Positions 1 to 9,954 of a stretch of DNA of 64,000 nt are shown here, in pieces. Under the pieces are notes generated by a model. The model searched no databases. It was not told the origin of the DNA and worked only from the letters and a program-made list of their open reading frames with translations. The position numbers were made by a program, and so were the translations under genes. The stretch's first letter is position 1; each line of letters opens with the position of its first letter. The DNA comes from an uncultured candidate division Zixibacteria bacterium (lineage in GTDB: Bacteria > Zixibacteria > MSB-5A5 > GN15 > PGXB01): NCBI GenBank assembly GCA_963702205.1, contig OY969724.1:1952001-2016000 (forward strand). Direction: 5' to 3'.

Positions 1-615
1 GAGGACTGGGTGTCGGTCATGCAGGGATTTTACGGGCCGTTTGAAAAGACACTGAACGACGTCACCAAGCGCCAGAAAGAAATAAAGGACTCCTTGACCG
101 AAGAAACCGGTGAAGTTTGCGAAAAATGCGGCTCACCGATGGTTATAAAGTGGGGACGCAACGGCCGTTTCCTGGCCTGTTCGGCATACCCGGAATGCAA
201 GACGACCAAACCGCTCAACGGCCAGGCCGAACCGGAAATAACCGACGTCGTGTGTGAAAACTGCGGAGCCCGGATGGTCGTCAAAGAAGGTCGTTTCGGA
301 AGATTTTTGGCCTGCTCCAATTATCCGGAATGCAAGACCACCAAAGCCATCCCGACCGGCATCAAATGTCCGCGCGAAGGCTGCGACGGTGACGTGGTCG
401 AGAAGAAAACACGACGCGGTAAAACGTTCTGGGGCTGCTCCAAATACCCCAAATGTGATTTTGCCAGCTGGTACAAACCGGTCAATCAGGAATGTCCGGA
501 ATGCAAGAGCCCGTATCTGGTGGAAAAAGATACGAAAGCCGCCGGGGCGCATCTTTATTGTCCCGAATGCAAACACAAAATTTTCAAAGAAAAGCCCGAA
601 GAAGTCGCGTCTTAA
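1..615 (+). CDS. topA: DNA topoisomerase I, C-terminal zinc-ribbon region (5' truncated)
   Basis: Repeated C4 zinc ribbons (CEKCGSPMVIKWGRNGRFLACSAYPEC etc.); frame open to window start; topA-xerC-hslVU synteny. Confidence 0.93.
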   Translation, partial: EDWVSVMQGFYGPFEKTLNDVTKRQKEIKDSLTEETGEVCEKCGSPMVIKWGRNGRFLACSAYPECKTTKPLNGQAEPEITDVVCENCGARMVVKEGRFGRFLACSNYPECKTTKAIPTGIKCPREGCDGDVVEKKTRRGKTFWGCSKYPKCDFASWYKPVNQECPECKSPYLVEKDTKAAGAHLYCPECKHKIFKEKPEEVAS

Positions 616-717
616 GTGGTAATTTTCTGTTAGCCTGAATTCTTCTCTATAAAAGAATCCTTACCGTACCGTTGAATCTGAATTCGTGAGGATTACGGCC
701 GACAGTTTCGCTTTTAA

Positions 718-746
718 TTGACCTGTGCGGTTGTTTATCATATCTT
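718..746 (+). promoter_or_regulatory. sigma70-type promoter, probably giving a leaderless xerC mRNA
   Basis: TTGACC-17nt-TATCTT; GTG start follows 6 nt after the -10 box, no SD. Confidence 0.5.
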
Positions 747-752
747 CCCGAC

Positions 753-1643
753 GTGATAAAAAAATATTTCAATAATTATATTGGCTATCTCACTCAGCAA
801 ACGACGCTGGCGTCAGGATCTGTCGAAACCTACCGCAACGGCCTTAAACCGTGGGTGGAATTTCTGGAGAAAGAATACCGCGAAAATGAGCCGTCGCCGG
901 CGGTTAATGCCATATTGTTGCGTAAATATCTCGCGGCTCGACGCAGTGACGGCCTCTCGGTACGGACACTGGCCGGGTTTATATATGCTCTGGCGGGGTT
1001 TCAGAAATATCTGGCGCGACAGAAAGACGGCTCGGCCTATTTGTGCCGCCTGAACAGACTCAAATATAAAGAAAAGATTCCGGGCTTTTTATCTCAAAAG
1101 GAAGCCGATGAGCTGTTCGATAATCTCGATAAGGACTCATATTTGAATCGCCGCGATTATCTGATGGTGACCTTGTTTTATCTGACCGGCATTCGCCGTG
1201 CCGAAATGGCGGCAATCAAAATATCCGATCTTGACCTGAATAAAGGGACCCTTACGGTTATCGGGAAGGGCAATAAAGAAAGAATAGTCCCGTGCGGACA
1301 ATCACTGCTGGCCGATTTTACCAGCTATCTGGAAGTCCGTGAAGTATTTGTGGGGTCCCGGCCGGATCATCTGGGGCTCCTGTTTTTAAATTACAGGGGT
1401 GAGCCAGTGTCGACGCGGTCGGTCAATCGGATCGTGATGAAATACTGCGCCCGGCTGGGAAAGAATGTTACGCCCCACATGCTGCGCCACAGTTTCGCAA
1501 CGCACATGCTGGAAAACGGGGCGGATATTCTGGCGATAAAAGAAATGCTCGGTCACAGTTCGCTGGCGACGACCCAAAAATACACTCATATTACGACCGA
1601 GCAGTTGAAAAAAGTTTATGACAAAGCCCATCCGAGGGCGTAG
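753..1643 (+). CDS. xerC: Tyrosine recombinase XerC/XerD family
   Basis: TGIRRAE, GKGNKER, HMLRHSFATH, LGHSSLATTQKY catalytic motifs; lies between topA and hslV. Confidence 0.85.
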   Translation: MIKKYFNNYIGYLTQQTTLASGSVETYRNGLKPWVEFLEKEYRENEPSPAVNAILLRKYLAARRSDGLSVRTLAGFIYALAGFQKYLARQKDGSAYLCRLNRLKYKEKIPGFLSQKEADELFDNLDKDSYLNRRDYLMVTLFYLTGIRRAEMAAIKISDLDLNKGTLTVIGKGNKERIVPCGQSLLADFTSYLEVREVFVGSRPDHLGLLFLNYRGEPVSTRSVNRIVMKYCARLGKNVTPHMLRHSFATHMLENGADILAIKEMLGHSSLATTQKYTHITTEQLKKVYDKAHPRA

Positions 1644-1652
1644 GAGAGATAT

Positions 1653-2189
1653 ATGATATTTCATGCCACGACGATACTTGGGTTGCGATATAAAGGCCAG
1701 GCCGCGCTGGGGGGTGACGGTCAGGTTACGCTCGATGATACCGTCATGAAATCGAAAGCGATCAAAATAAGGCGGATGTACAACGACCAGATTCTGACCG
1801 GATTCGCCGGAGCGGCGGCCGATGCTTTCGCGCTGTTCGAGCGGTTCGAAAGCAAGATTGAGGAGTTCAACGGGAATCTCCCCAAGGCCGCGGTGGAACT
1901 GGCCAAGGAATGGCGGACCGATAAATACTTACAGCGTCTCGAAGCACTGCTGGCCGTGACGGACAAGAAAAATTCGCTGATCATTGCCGGTTCGGGTGAA
2001 GTGATCGAACCCGACGACGGCATTCTCGCGATCGGCTCGGGAGGCACCTATGCCCTCGCCGCGGCCCGCGCCTACCTGTCGACATCGCCGAAACTGACGG
2101 CCGCAGAAATCGTGCAAAAATCGCTCAAGATAGCGTCGGACATTTGTGTCTATACCAATGATAACATTACAGTGGAAACGTTAAAATGA
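1653..2189 (+). CDS. hslV: ATP-dependent protease subunit HslV
   Basis: HATTIL N-terminal Thr, [21 protein letters not shown]. Confidence 0.97.
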   Translation: MIFHATTILGLRYKGQAALGGDGQVTLDDTVMKSKAIKIRRMYNDQILTGFAGAAADAFALFERFESKIEEFNGNLPKAAVELAKEWRTDKYLQRLEALLAVTDKKNSLIIAGSGEVIEPDDGILAIGSGGTYALAAARAYLSTSPKLTAAEIVQKSLKIASDICVYTNDNITVETLK

Positions 2190-3553
2190 TAAACAGATTA
2201 GCCAAAACTCCCAAAGAAATAGTCGAGCATCTTGATAAATACATCATCGGTCAGGAAAAGGCCAAAAAGTCGGTGGCGATTGCGCTGCGCAACCGCTGGC
2301 GAAGACAGGCCGTAACCGGTGATATGCAAAGTGAAATTCAGCCCAATAATATTCTTATGATCGGCCCGACCGGGGTCGGCAAAACCGAAATCGCCCGCCG
2401 CCTGGCAGCCATGGCATCGGCGCCTTTTTTGAAAGTGGAAGCATCAAAATTTACCGAGGTCGGGTATGTCGGACGCGACGTGGAATCGATGGTTCGCGAC
2501 CTGGTCGACCTGGCAGTCGGTATGGTGCGTCAGGAGAAAGCCGAAGCGGTTGAAGGCAAGGCGCAGGAAAATGTCGAGGAACGTCTGCTCGATCTGCTTT
2601 TGCCTCCGCCCCGGGCAAAAAAGCCGACACACGCACCGGACGACGTGGTTCAACTGGAATCCGGCGAAATAGACATAAGCAATACCCGTGAAAAACTTCG
2701 CAAGCAGCTTCGCGATGGCAAGCTCGAAAAGAGAATGGTGGAAATCGATGCCGCCCAGGATCGTTTCCCAGTGGTGGAGATTTTTTCACCGATGGGTATG
2801 GAAGAACTCGGCATTAATTTTCAGGAGATGTTTTCCGGGATTGTCCCCAAGAAAACCAAGCGCCGGAAAACGTCGGTAGCCGAAGCGAGAAAATTTATTT
2901 TCGCCGACGAGCTGGACAGGCTCGTCAATATGGATGACGTTATTGCCGATGCTCTCGAACGCGCCCAGCAATCGGGGATTATATTCATAGATGAAATCGA
3001 TAAAATCTGCGGTGAAAAATCGAAGAGCGGTCCGGATGTCTCCCGTGAAGGCGTCCAGCGCGATATACTACCGATAGTCGAGGGCTCGACGGTTATGACC
3101 AAGTATGGACTGGTCAAAACCGACCATATGCTGTTCATCGCGGCGGGGGCGTTTCATTCCTCGAAACCGTCGGATATGGTCCCCGAGCTTCAGGGTCGTT
3201 TCCCGATTCGGGTGGAACTGGGTTCGCTCGATGCTTCCGATTTTGTCAAAATCCTGACCGAACCACAGAATGCCCTCATAAAGCAATATATTGCACTGTT
3301 GAAAGCCGAAGACATCGATTTGGCCTTCGACAAAAAAGCAATCGTACGAATCGCGGAAATCGCCGAGAAGGTCAATAACAATATGGAAAACATCGGGGCC
3401 AGGCGGCTTCATACGGTTATGACGACGCTTTTGGAAGACGTCATGTTCGACGCGCCCGCAGGGCAAAAAAATATCCGGGTCACGGTTTCGATGGTGAACA
3501 AGAAACTGGGCGAAATTGTCGAAGACGAAGATTTGAGCAGATATATATTATGA
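2186..3553 (+). CDS. hslU: ATP-dependent protease ATPase subunit HslU
   Basis: [33 protein letters not shown]-terminal DLSRYIL. Confidence 0.98.
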   Translation: MINRLAKTPKEIVEHLDKYIIGQEKAKKSVAIALRNRWRRQAVTGDMQSEIQPNNILMIGPTGVGKTEIARRLAAMASAPFLKVEASKFTEVGYVGRDVESMVRDLVDLAVGMVRQEKAEAVEGKAQENVEERLLDLLLPPPRAKKPTHAPDDVVQLESGEIDISNTREKLRKQLRDGKLEKRMVEIDAAQDRFPVVEIFSPMGMEELGINFQEMFSGIVPKKTKRRKTSVAEARKFIFADELDRLVNMDDVIADALERAQQSGIIFIDEIDKICGEKSKSGPDVSREGVQRDILPIVEGSTVMTKYGLVKTDHMLFIAAGAFHSSKPSDMVPELQGRFPIRVELGSLDASDFVKILTEPQNALIKQYIALLKAEDIDLAFDKKAIVRIAEIAEKVNNNMENIGARRLHTVMTTLLEDVMFDAPAGQKNIRVTVSMVNKKLGEIVEDEDLSRYIL

Positions 3554-3575
3554 TAAAAATCGGGAGAAACTGTCA

Positions 3576-3959
3576 ATGGTTCAGGGCAAGTTTGCCACCG
3601 CCGTAAATTGCATGGACGGCAGGACACAGTTGCCTGTCATGGAATATCTAAAAGAAACGTACGGGGTCGATCACGTGGATGCCGTCACCGAACCGGGTCC
3701 GATAAAGGTGCTGGCCGAAGGCGACGACCTTACCGCCCTCGAGTCTATTAAAAGAAGAATCGATATTTCCATAAATAAACACGGTTCTTCGGTTATCGCC
3801 CTGGTCGGGCATCACGATTGTGCGGGAAATCCGGTTGATCGGTCAATACAGGAATCCCAATTAAGAAAAAGCGTGGAGAAAATAAGGTCGTGGAAGTACG
3901 ACGCTGAAATTATCTGCCTGTACGTCAATGAAGACTGGTCGGTCGAAGTCCTCGTATAG
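3576..3959 (+). CDS. Small beta-carbonic-anhydrase-like protein
   Basis: Zn ligand motifs CMDGR and HHDCAG. Confidence 0.75.
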   Translation: MVQGKFATAVNCMDGRTQLPVMEYLKETYGVDHVDAVTEPGPIKVLAEGDDLTALESIKRRIDISINKHGSSVIALVGHHDCAGNPVDRSIQESQLRKSVEKIRSWKYDAEIICLYVNEDWSVEVLV

Positions 3960-3968
3960 CCAGCCGAT

Positions 3969-4565
3969 TCAGACTTGAAAAATCCGCACGTCACCGAAAA
4001 CCGTCCGGGCGTGAATATATAGTTTTTCCTGTGCGGAATCGAAATTCTCGGTCTTTTGTATCAGGCTGTTGGAAATTCCGGACGCAATCCTCCCGAAAAT
4101 GATTATCTCTCCGAAAATATCCGAGCCGGTGGCGAATACGGCCATGTCCTTGGGCAAAGTTATGGTTACATCGCCGAAAACGGTCGTGGCCGAAATTCGA
4201 TTGTTGCCCTTGGACAGTCTGCCGCCGGATAAATAGAGAAGAATATCTCCGAATACGGTTGAAAAATTGCGGCCATTAAGTTCAATGTCACGGGCGTCAA
4301 AATGCATGTCGCCGAAAACTTTCTCCAGAGTTTGAAAGCCGGCGCCAAACGGCTCGGCCACTGAGGGCTGTGTCGAGCTATCGGGCGCTTTGCGTCGGTT
4401 GGCCTGACGGACGATCAAATAAATCCCCAAAGCGACCAGTCCGATAGAAAGCAGGTTGTGGAACACGAACCGGAACGGCCAGTTCAAAAGGTCGGCCCGG
4501 ACGCCGATGCCGATGATCCCGACAACGATTAATATTATCGCCCAAACGATTCTCGAATTGCTCAT
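3969..4565 (-). CDS. LiaF-like cell-envelope stress membrane protein
   Basis: Two N-terminal TM segments, then repeated (T/K)VFGD beta motifs; start taken at MSNSRIV. Confidence 0.75.
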   Translation of the reverse strand: MSNSRIVWAIILIVVGIIGIGVRADLLNWPFRFVFHNLLSIGLVALGIYLIVRQANRRKAPDSSTQPSVAEPFGAGFQTLEKVFGDMHFDARDIELNGRNFSTVFGDILLYLSGGRLSKGNNRISATTVFGDVTITLPKDMAVFATGSDIFGEIIIFGRIASGISNSLIQKTENFDSAQEKLYIHARTVFGDVRIFQV

Positions 4566-4696
4566 GTTTCCCCCGGTCTTGCCATAATACGTTAGGATAC
4601 GAAAAATGTCGTCCGGTGTTTCTTCCGTTAATAAAGCCCCAACGGTTTCTTTAATCAAGAGAAATATGTCGTACGTAATCCATTATCGAATAGGGG

Positions 4697-4726
4697 TTGA
4701 CAAGTGCGCCGGGCCGGTGTTACTTT
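4697..4726 (+). promoter_or_regulatory. sigma70-type promoter of argF
   Basis: TTGACA-18nt-TACTTT with TG extension. Confidence 0.5.
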
Positions 4727-4773
4727 CAGAAATTTTGTCAAATTATCGATATGAATAAAGAAAAGGAGCAGTT

Positions 4774-5679
4774 ATGCCTCGTTCAATGTGCGAAATAACC
4801 GACCTGACCCCCAAAGAGGTTTTCGAAGTTTTCGAATTGTGCCGCAAAATGAAAACCGGAGAAATCTCTCCCAAACCGCTGGCCGGAAAATCGGCGGCGT
4901 GCATATTCACCAAACCTTCACTTAGAACTCGTGTGTCTTTTGAAGTCGGCATCAATGAACTGGGAGGAAATGCGCTCTATATTACCGACAATGAAATAAA
5001 AATCGGAGTGCGCGAATCGGTTCATGACGTCGCCAAGGTCCTCTCCAGATTTGTCGGATTGATCATGATTCGCACATTCGCGCATGCCGATGTAACCGGT
5101 CTGGCCAAATACGCTGACGTGCCGGTGGTAAATGGCCTGACCGACCTGGTACATCCCTGCCAGATCATGGGTGATTATTTCACGATCATGGAGCACAAGA
5201 AAAAGGAAAAATTTTCCATCGCCTATCTCGGTGACGGCAACAATGTCTGCAACAGCTGGTTAAACCTGGCTTCACTGATACCGATCGATCTTAGAATCGG
5301 GACCGATAAATCCACGCCGCCCGACCGGAATATCCTGGAGAAGGCGAAAGCCAACAGCGAAAGCTCGGTGACCATAACCGACGATCCTAAAGAAGCCGTT
5401 GGCAATGCCGATGTTATCTATACGGACGTTTGGGCCTCGATGGGCCAAAAAGACAAACAAGATGAGAAAACAAAATTATTAGGTAAGTTTCAAGTAAACT
5501 CGGCGTTGCTGACCGGAGCCGCTCCGGATTGTCTGGTTATGCACTGCCTGCCTGCGGAACGGGGACGTGAAATCACGGATGAAGTTATAGACGGTCCCCA
5601 TTCAGTGGTTTTCGACGAAGCCGAAAACAGGCTGCATATCCAGAAGGCGATTATGGCGTTCCTGCTCGAACGATCGTAA
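4774..5679 (+). CDS. argF: Ornithine carbamoyltransferase
   Basis: KPSLRTRVSF, HPCQ, DVWASMGQ, MHCLP, EAENR. Confidence 0.92.
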   Translation: MPRSMCEITDLTPKEVFEVFELCRKMKTGEISPKPLAGKSAACIFTKPSLRTRVSFEVGINELGGNALYITDNEIKIGVRESVHDVAKVLSRFVGLIMIRTFAHADVTGLAKYADVPVVNGLTDLVHPCQIMGDYFTIMEHKKKEKFSIAYLGDGNNVCNSWLNLASLIPIDLRIGTDKSTPPDRNILEKAKANSESSVTITDDPKEAVGNADVIYTDVWASMGQKDKQDEKTKLLGKFQVNSALLTGAAPDCLVMHCLPAERGREITDEVIDGPHSVVFDEAENRLHIQKAIMAFLLERS

Positions 5680-5733
5680 TCGGTACAAAAACGGGCCTCA
5701 CCGGTTCACGGGCGCCACGAAAGGAGACGCACG

Positions 5734-6603
5734 ATGCGCGCTAAGTTCTTTATCGTCGGTGCAGGCCTCATAGCACTCGCCGGAATCCTGATGCTGGGAA
5801 CCGGCTGCTCGGACTCCACGACCAACTGGACGGCGGGATCGGAAACGGATTTCGATTATATGCTGGTTCAACCGCAAATCGATAACGTCATCGATTCCGC
5901 GGTGGCTTCTTTCTCGTCGGCTTTCGACAGCTATAATCAAATGCCGAACGGTGACGATGACGACGACGTGATCATTGCCAATTATGCTCCCGGCGGGGGA
6001 GACGTCAATTATACGTACGATTATTATGCCGGCACCGGTTGGCATGAAATCTGGGTCGCCAATGAAGCCGATAATTTTTCCATGTACGTGCGTGATTCCG
6101 TGCAGTTTCGCCAGGACGGTCAATTCGTCGAAGATGCTACGGGCGCCGATTACATGAATTACATCCATAACTGGGTCTTCGAAACCGACAACAGTCTGAC
6201 CGACGAAACCTACGCCGACTGGACCGGTCGCAACCGCCTGCTGTTCACCAATCTCGATCAGCAAACCTGCAATCTCGACGGTTCCAATCATTCCGTCATT
6301 AACTGGCACTATTTCGCGACCGACACGACCATTGATGCCCAATTCGAATCCAGTACAACTTATCGTGACATCGCCTTTAGCCAGGTCCCGAGTTATGGCT
6401 GGGCTTCAGGTTGCCCGGTTTCCGGCACGATGCATTTTACCATGACGCAGAATTATACTCTGACCGTTGACGATACCCCGGCCGAATTCAGCTATGAATG
6501 GGACGTCAGGATAACTTTCGAAAGCGGTTCGGCCGATGTCCGCGTCACCCATAATAATTTCAGCTGGCAATACACCCGTGATCTTTGCACGGTAGTAGAT
6601 TAA
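5734..6603 (+). CDS. Hypothetical lipoprotein
   Basis: SD AAGGAG; signal peptide with lipobox-like GTGC; beta-rich acidic body. Confidence 0.75.
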   Translation: MRAKFFIVGAGLIALAGILMLGTGCSDSTTNWTAGSETDFDYMLVQPQIDNVIDSAVASFSSAFDSYNQMPNGDDDDDVIIANYAPGGGDVNYTYDYYAGTGWHEIWVANEADNFSMYVRDSVQFRQDGQFVEDATGADYMNYIHNWVFETDNSLTDETYADWTGRNRLLFTNLDQQTCNLDGSNHSVINWHYFATDTTIDAQFESSTTYRDIAFSQVPSYGWASGCPVSGTMHFTMTQNYTLTVDDTPAEFSYEWDVRITFESGSADVRVTHNNFSWQYTRDLCTVVD

Positions 6604-6619
6604 ATAATAACATCTTTCC

Positions 6620-6651
6620 AAAAACCCCCGGCCTTAGTCGGGGGTTTTTTT
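6620..6651 (+). terminator. Rho-independent terminator (likely bidirectional)
   Basis: AAAACCCCCGGC-CTTA-GTCGGGGGTTTTTTT. Confidence 0.85.
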
Positions 6652-6690
6652 ATTGTTTTCAACCCGGGTGGATATTGCTAAATTTAAGTC

Positions 6691-7125
6691 ATGGAAGAAA
6701 TTGCAAAATACTCGGGCTGCTTTGTATGTGGTGCCGACAATGAATGTGGTCTTAAGGCTCGGTTTTACTTCGACGGCGACAAAGCGGCCACTGAATATGC
6801 CGCAGAAAGGCGCTTTGAGGGTTATCACGATATTTTTCACGGCGGCATTACGGCGGCCCTGATGGATGAGGTTATGATCAAAGCCCTGCTGGCCCAAGAG
6901 ATTTTTGTCATGACCGTCGAGTTGAGCGTTAAGTATATAAAGGCCATATATATAGGTCAGAAGATCACGTTTGAAGGCCGGCTGGAAAAAGGCCGGGGAA
7001 AACTTTATATAACCTCCGGAAAAGCAATTAATGACCGGGGCGAAGTTGTCGCCGAAGCGACCGGAAAATATCTGAAAGTCGGGCGCGAAATGAATACCAA
7101 ACTAAAGGAATCCCTGGATCGTTAG
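6691..7125 (+). CDS. PaaI-family thioesterase
   Basis: CFVCG..N..GL, HGGITAALMDE hotdog motif. Confidence 0.9.
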   Translation: MEEIAKYSGCFVCGADNECGLKARFYFDGDKAATEYAAERRFEGYHDIFHGGITAALMDEVMIKALLAQEIFVMTVELSVKYIKAIYIGQKITFEGRLEKGRGKLYITSGKAINDRGEVVAEATGKYLKVGREMNTKLKESLDR

Positions 7126-7142
7126 ATAATTGAAGACAGGGT

Positions 7143-7170
7143 TTGACAAGTTTGGCAAGCGACGTATATT
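7143..7170 (+). promoter_or_regulatory. sigma70-type promoter
   Basis: TTGACA-16nt-TATATT. Confidence 0.5.
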
Positions 7171-7230
7171 TTATTTATACATATATTTTCCGCTGTCTTA
7201 ATGTGTGTCCGACATATAAAGGAGTATAGG

Positions 7231-9954
7231 ATGATAGCCCGCATGATTTTAATGGCTTTGCTGATTTTGTCCTCGGCCGGAAGTGTTCTGGCCGATGGCC
7301 TTTACCTGATTAAAATAAACAATGAAGATCAGCTGGCAACGGTCAAAAGCAGGTTGGCTTATGCCCATGGGACGATGGACGGATATTTTATTGTGCAGGC
7401 TGACGAAAATACTTCTCAATTCCTGCAGGACTCCGGAATCGAGATTGAAAAAGCGATTGACAACCGTGGAATTTCGGGCGTCCAGCTTGTCGAGCCCGAA
7501 GCTCCCGTGTTATTTTTGAAATCACAGAATCTAACGTTTGATTTCGAGCGCGACGGATTATACCTGGCATCACTGAATGATGAAGGAATCGAAACGGCCC
7601 GCCGGGCGGGCTATATGGTTCTTCCTCTGGAGGACCTTCAGACGCCTTTCTTTTATAACCCTCCGGCTTATTATGCACTGGCCAATCTCGAATACCCCTC
7701 GGATACTCTCGCCGATCTTGTCAGTCAGGATTCTTTGTTGAGCTATGATACGCGGCTCGAGGCGTTTCAAACGCGGTACATATATTCCGATTCTATTGAG
7801 TATGCCAAAGACTGGATTGTTTCCAAGTTTCAGGAGTTCGGGTACACCGACGTAACGCTCGATGAATTTTATTATAACGGGTTGCAGTTGTTCAACGTCG
7901 TGTGTACCAAACCCGGTACGAGTGAGGCCGATAAAGTCGTGGTTATCGGTGGACATTATGACTCCATAAATTTCGACAGCGATCCTCTGGTTTTCGCCCC
8001 CGGTGCCGACGACAACGGCAGCGGCGTTTGCGCGACCCTTGAGCTGGCGCGGGTTCTTAAAGATGTTCCGACCAAAAAGACGTATAAATTCGTGGCTTTT
8101 TGCGCCGAAGAAGTCGGTTTGATCGGGTCCATGGCTTATGCCCAGGAATTATATAACGCCGGGACGGACATCGAGGTCATGCTGAATTTCGACATGGTTG
8201 CCTACACCGGCGGCGTCAATTACGACATCAAGTATTTCCACGGACCCTTTAACGGTTATGCCAAAACTATGGTCGACGCCGCCACACGCGTTTCGACGAT
8301 AAACCCGTTGCTTTCCGGATCGACCGGAAGCTCAGATCATGAATCGTTCAGCAATCTGGGGTACAACGTTGTTTATACCCAGGAAGGATTATTCAATACC
8401 GATGGTTGGCATACCAACATGGATATTTCTTCGCGACTGGATTTCCCTTATTTCGAGCAGGTTATTCGTGCGGCGGCGGCAGGGGTGGGGGCTATCGACA
8501 ATGCCGCCAAGTTCACTCAAATTGATGCCATCTATGACGTCGGCAACGGCAGCGAGCTTTCAGTCGACTGGTCCGGGGATTGTGACCCCACTTATACTTA
8601 TCAGGTATTGTATGGCACGACAGCCGGGGTGTATACTGACACGGCCGACGTCCCGGCCGGCAATTGCACACACACTATAACCGGTTTAACCGAAGGCCAG
8701 ACCTACCATATGGCCGTGGCGGGAATAAACAGCGAGGGATATGGGCCTCTGTTTCTGGTGGAAAAGACGGGTCAACCGCTTATTATTCCTCGGCAGCCGC
8801 AACACGTCAGGGTCGACCCGGATTATATGCAGCTTTCCCTTAACTGGAAGCCCAATATCGAGCTCGACCTTAATTTTTACAGAATAATGCGAAAAGACCC
8901 GTTGAACGACTGGGCGGTTCTGGATGAAACGACCGACACATCGTACCTCGATATGGCGGTCGACGGGCACAAGCTTTATCAGTATGAAGTACTGGCAGTG
9001 GATAATGACATGAACGTCTCGACGGCGTCGAGTATCGTTTCGGCGGTTCCGGCTTCTTTCGATTCGGGAATATTATTCGTCGAAGAAACGTCATCGAGCG
9101 GCAGTCTGAATCCGACCGAAGCCCAGCAGACGGCTTATTATGATTCCATATTCGCCGGTGTTTCATATATAGAGCAGGAAATCAACTCCGCATCCGAGGC
9201 GCTGAACCGTTCGACGGCCGGGCAGTACCAGACCATTATCTGGTTTGACGACGATATCAACGTGCAGTTGTTCTCGGGTTCGATCGACTCGGTTGAATGG
9301 TATATCGGCTACCCGACCAATTTCGTCCTGGCAGGATGGCGGACCCTTATCAACCTGTCCGGAGGCGGAACCCAGGGGCCGGGTGACATTTTGTATGACG
9401 CCTTCGATATAACCGGGGTTACCGAACAGACGTCACTCGATTTCACCGGCGCGACCGGACAAAACGGCTGGCCCAATGTTGAGGTAAAGCCGGGCGGAAT
9501 ATTTAACGGGACTTTGCCGACGATATCAAAATTAACGCTTCCTCCCGCCAGTTCGGCCGAAGTGATTTATAATTTCAATTCGGCCAGCAGTGACCCCTCA
9601 TTTAACGGTCAACCGGTGGGTGTGGCCTATGAAACGCCAAACGGAAAAAGAGTGGCCTTGTCGTTTCCTGTTTACGATTTAACCAGCGCCAGCGCGACGG
9701 CACTTATTGGAAAAATTATGGACTATTTCGGGCAGGAAACTGTAAAATACGGTGATGCCAATAACGATAATGCCGTCAACCTGTTGGATATTTTGTTTAT
9801 AATAAGTTACAAATATGCCACCGGACCGGCCCCGATACATCCCAATCTGGCCGATCCCAACGGAGACTGTTCGATTAATCTCCTTGATATATTGTACCTG
9901 ATCTCCTCCATTTACGAAGACGGTCCGGCTCCGGTAATGGGGTGTGTCGAATAA
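7231..9954 (+). CDS. Secreted M28 zinc peptidase with fibronectin-III domains and C-terminal dockerin
   Basis: Signal peptide; GGHYDS, GADDNGSG, AEEVGLIGS, NFDM, SDH; FN3-like segments; duplicated GDANNDNAVNLLDIL / ADPNGDCSINLLDIL; SD AAGGAG. Confidence 0.9.
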   Translation: MIARMILMALLILSSAGSVLADGLYLIKINNEDQLATVKSRLAYAHGTMDGYFIVQADENTSQFLQDSGIEIEKAIDNRGISGVQLVEPEAPVLFLKSQNLTFDFERDGLYLASLNDEGIETARRAGYMVLPLEDLQTPFFYNPPAYYALANLEYPSDTLADLVSQDSLLSYDTRLEAFQTRYIYSDSIEYAKDWIVSKFQEFGYTDVTLDEFYYNGLQLFNVVCTKPGTSEADKVVVIGGHYDSINFDSDPLVFAPGADDNGSGVCATLELARVLKDVPTKKTYKFVAFCAEEVGLIGSMAYAQELYNAGTDIEVMLNFDMVAYTGGVNYDIKYFHGPFNGYAKTMVDAATRVSTINPLLSGSTGSSDHESFSNLGYNVVYTQEGLFNTDGWHTNMDISSRLDFPYFEQVIRAAAAGVGAIDNAAKFTQIDAIYDVGNGSELSVDWSGDCDPTYTYQVLYGTTAGVYTDTADVPAGNCTHTITGLTEGQTYHMAVAGINSEGYGPLFLVEKTGQPLIIPRQPQHVRVDPDYMQLSLNWKPNIELDLNFYRIMRKDPLNDWAVLDETTDTSYLDMAVDGHKLYQYEVLAVDNDMNVSTASSIVSAVPASFDSGILFVEETSSSGSLNPTEAQQTAYYDSIFAGVSYIEQEINSASEALNRSTAGQYQTIIWFDDDINVQLFSGSIDSVEWYIGYPTNFVLAGWRTLINLSGGGTQGPGDILYDAFDITGVTEQTSLDFTGATGQNGWPNVEVKPGGIFNGTLPTISKLTLPPASSAEVIYNFNSASSDPSFNGQPVGVAYETPNGKRVALSFPVYDLTSASATALIGKIMDYFGQETVKYGDANNDNAVNLLDILFIISYKYATGPAPIHPNLADPNGDCSINLLDILYLISSIYEDGPAPVMGCVE

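Noticed and set aside
753..1643. Tyrosine recombinase as a phage or island integrase
   Set aside because: Housekeeping topA-xerC-hslVU context; no att sites or mobile genes
4774..5679. SLRT motif suggesting N-acetyl/succinyl-ornithine transcarbamylase
   Set aside because: DVWASMG loop and HCLP indicate an ordinary OTCase
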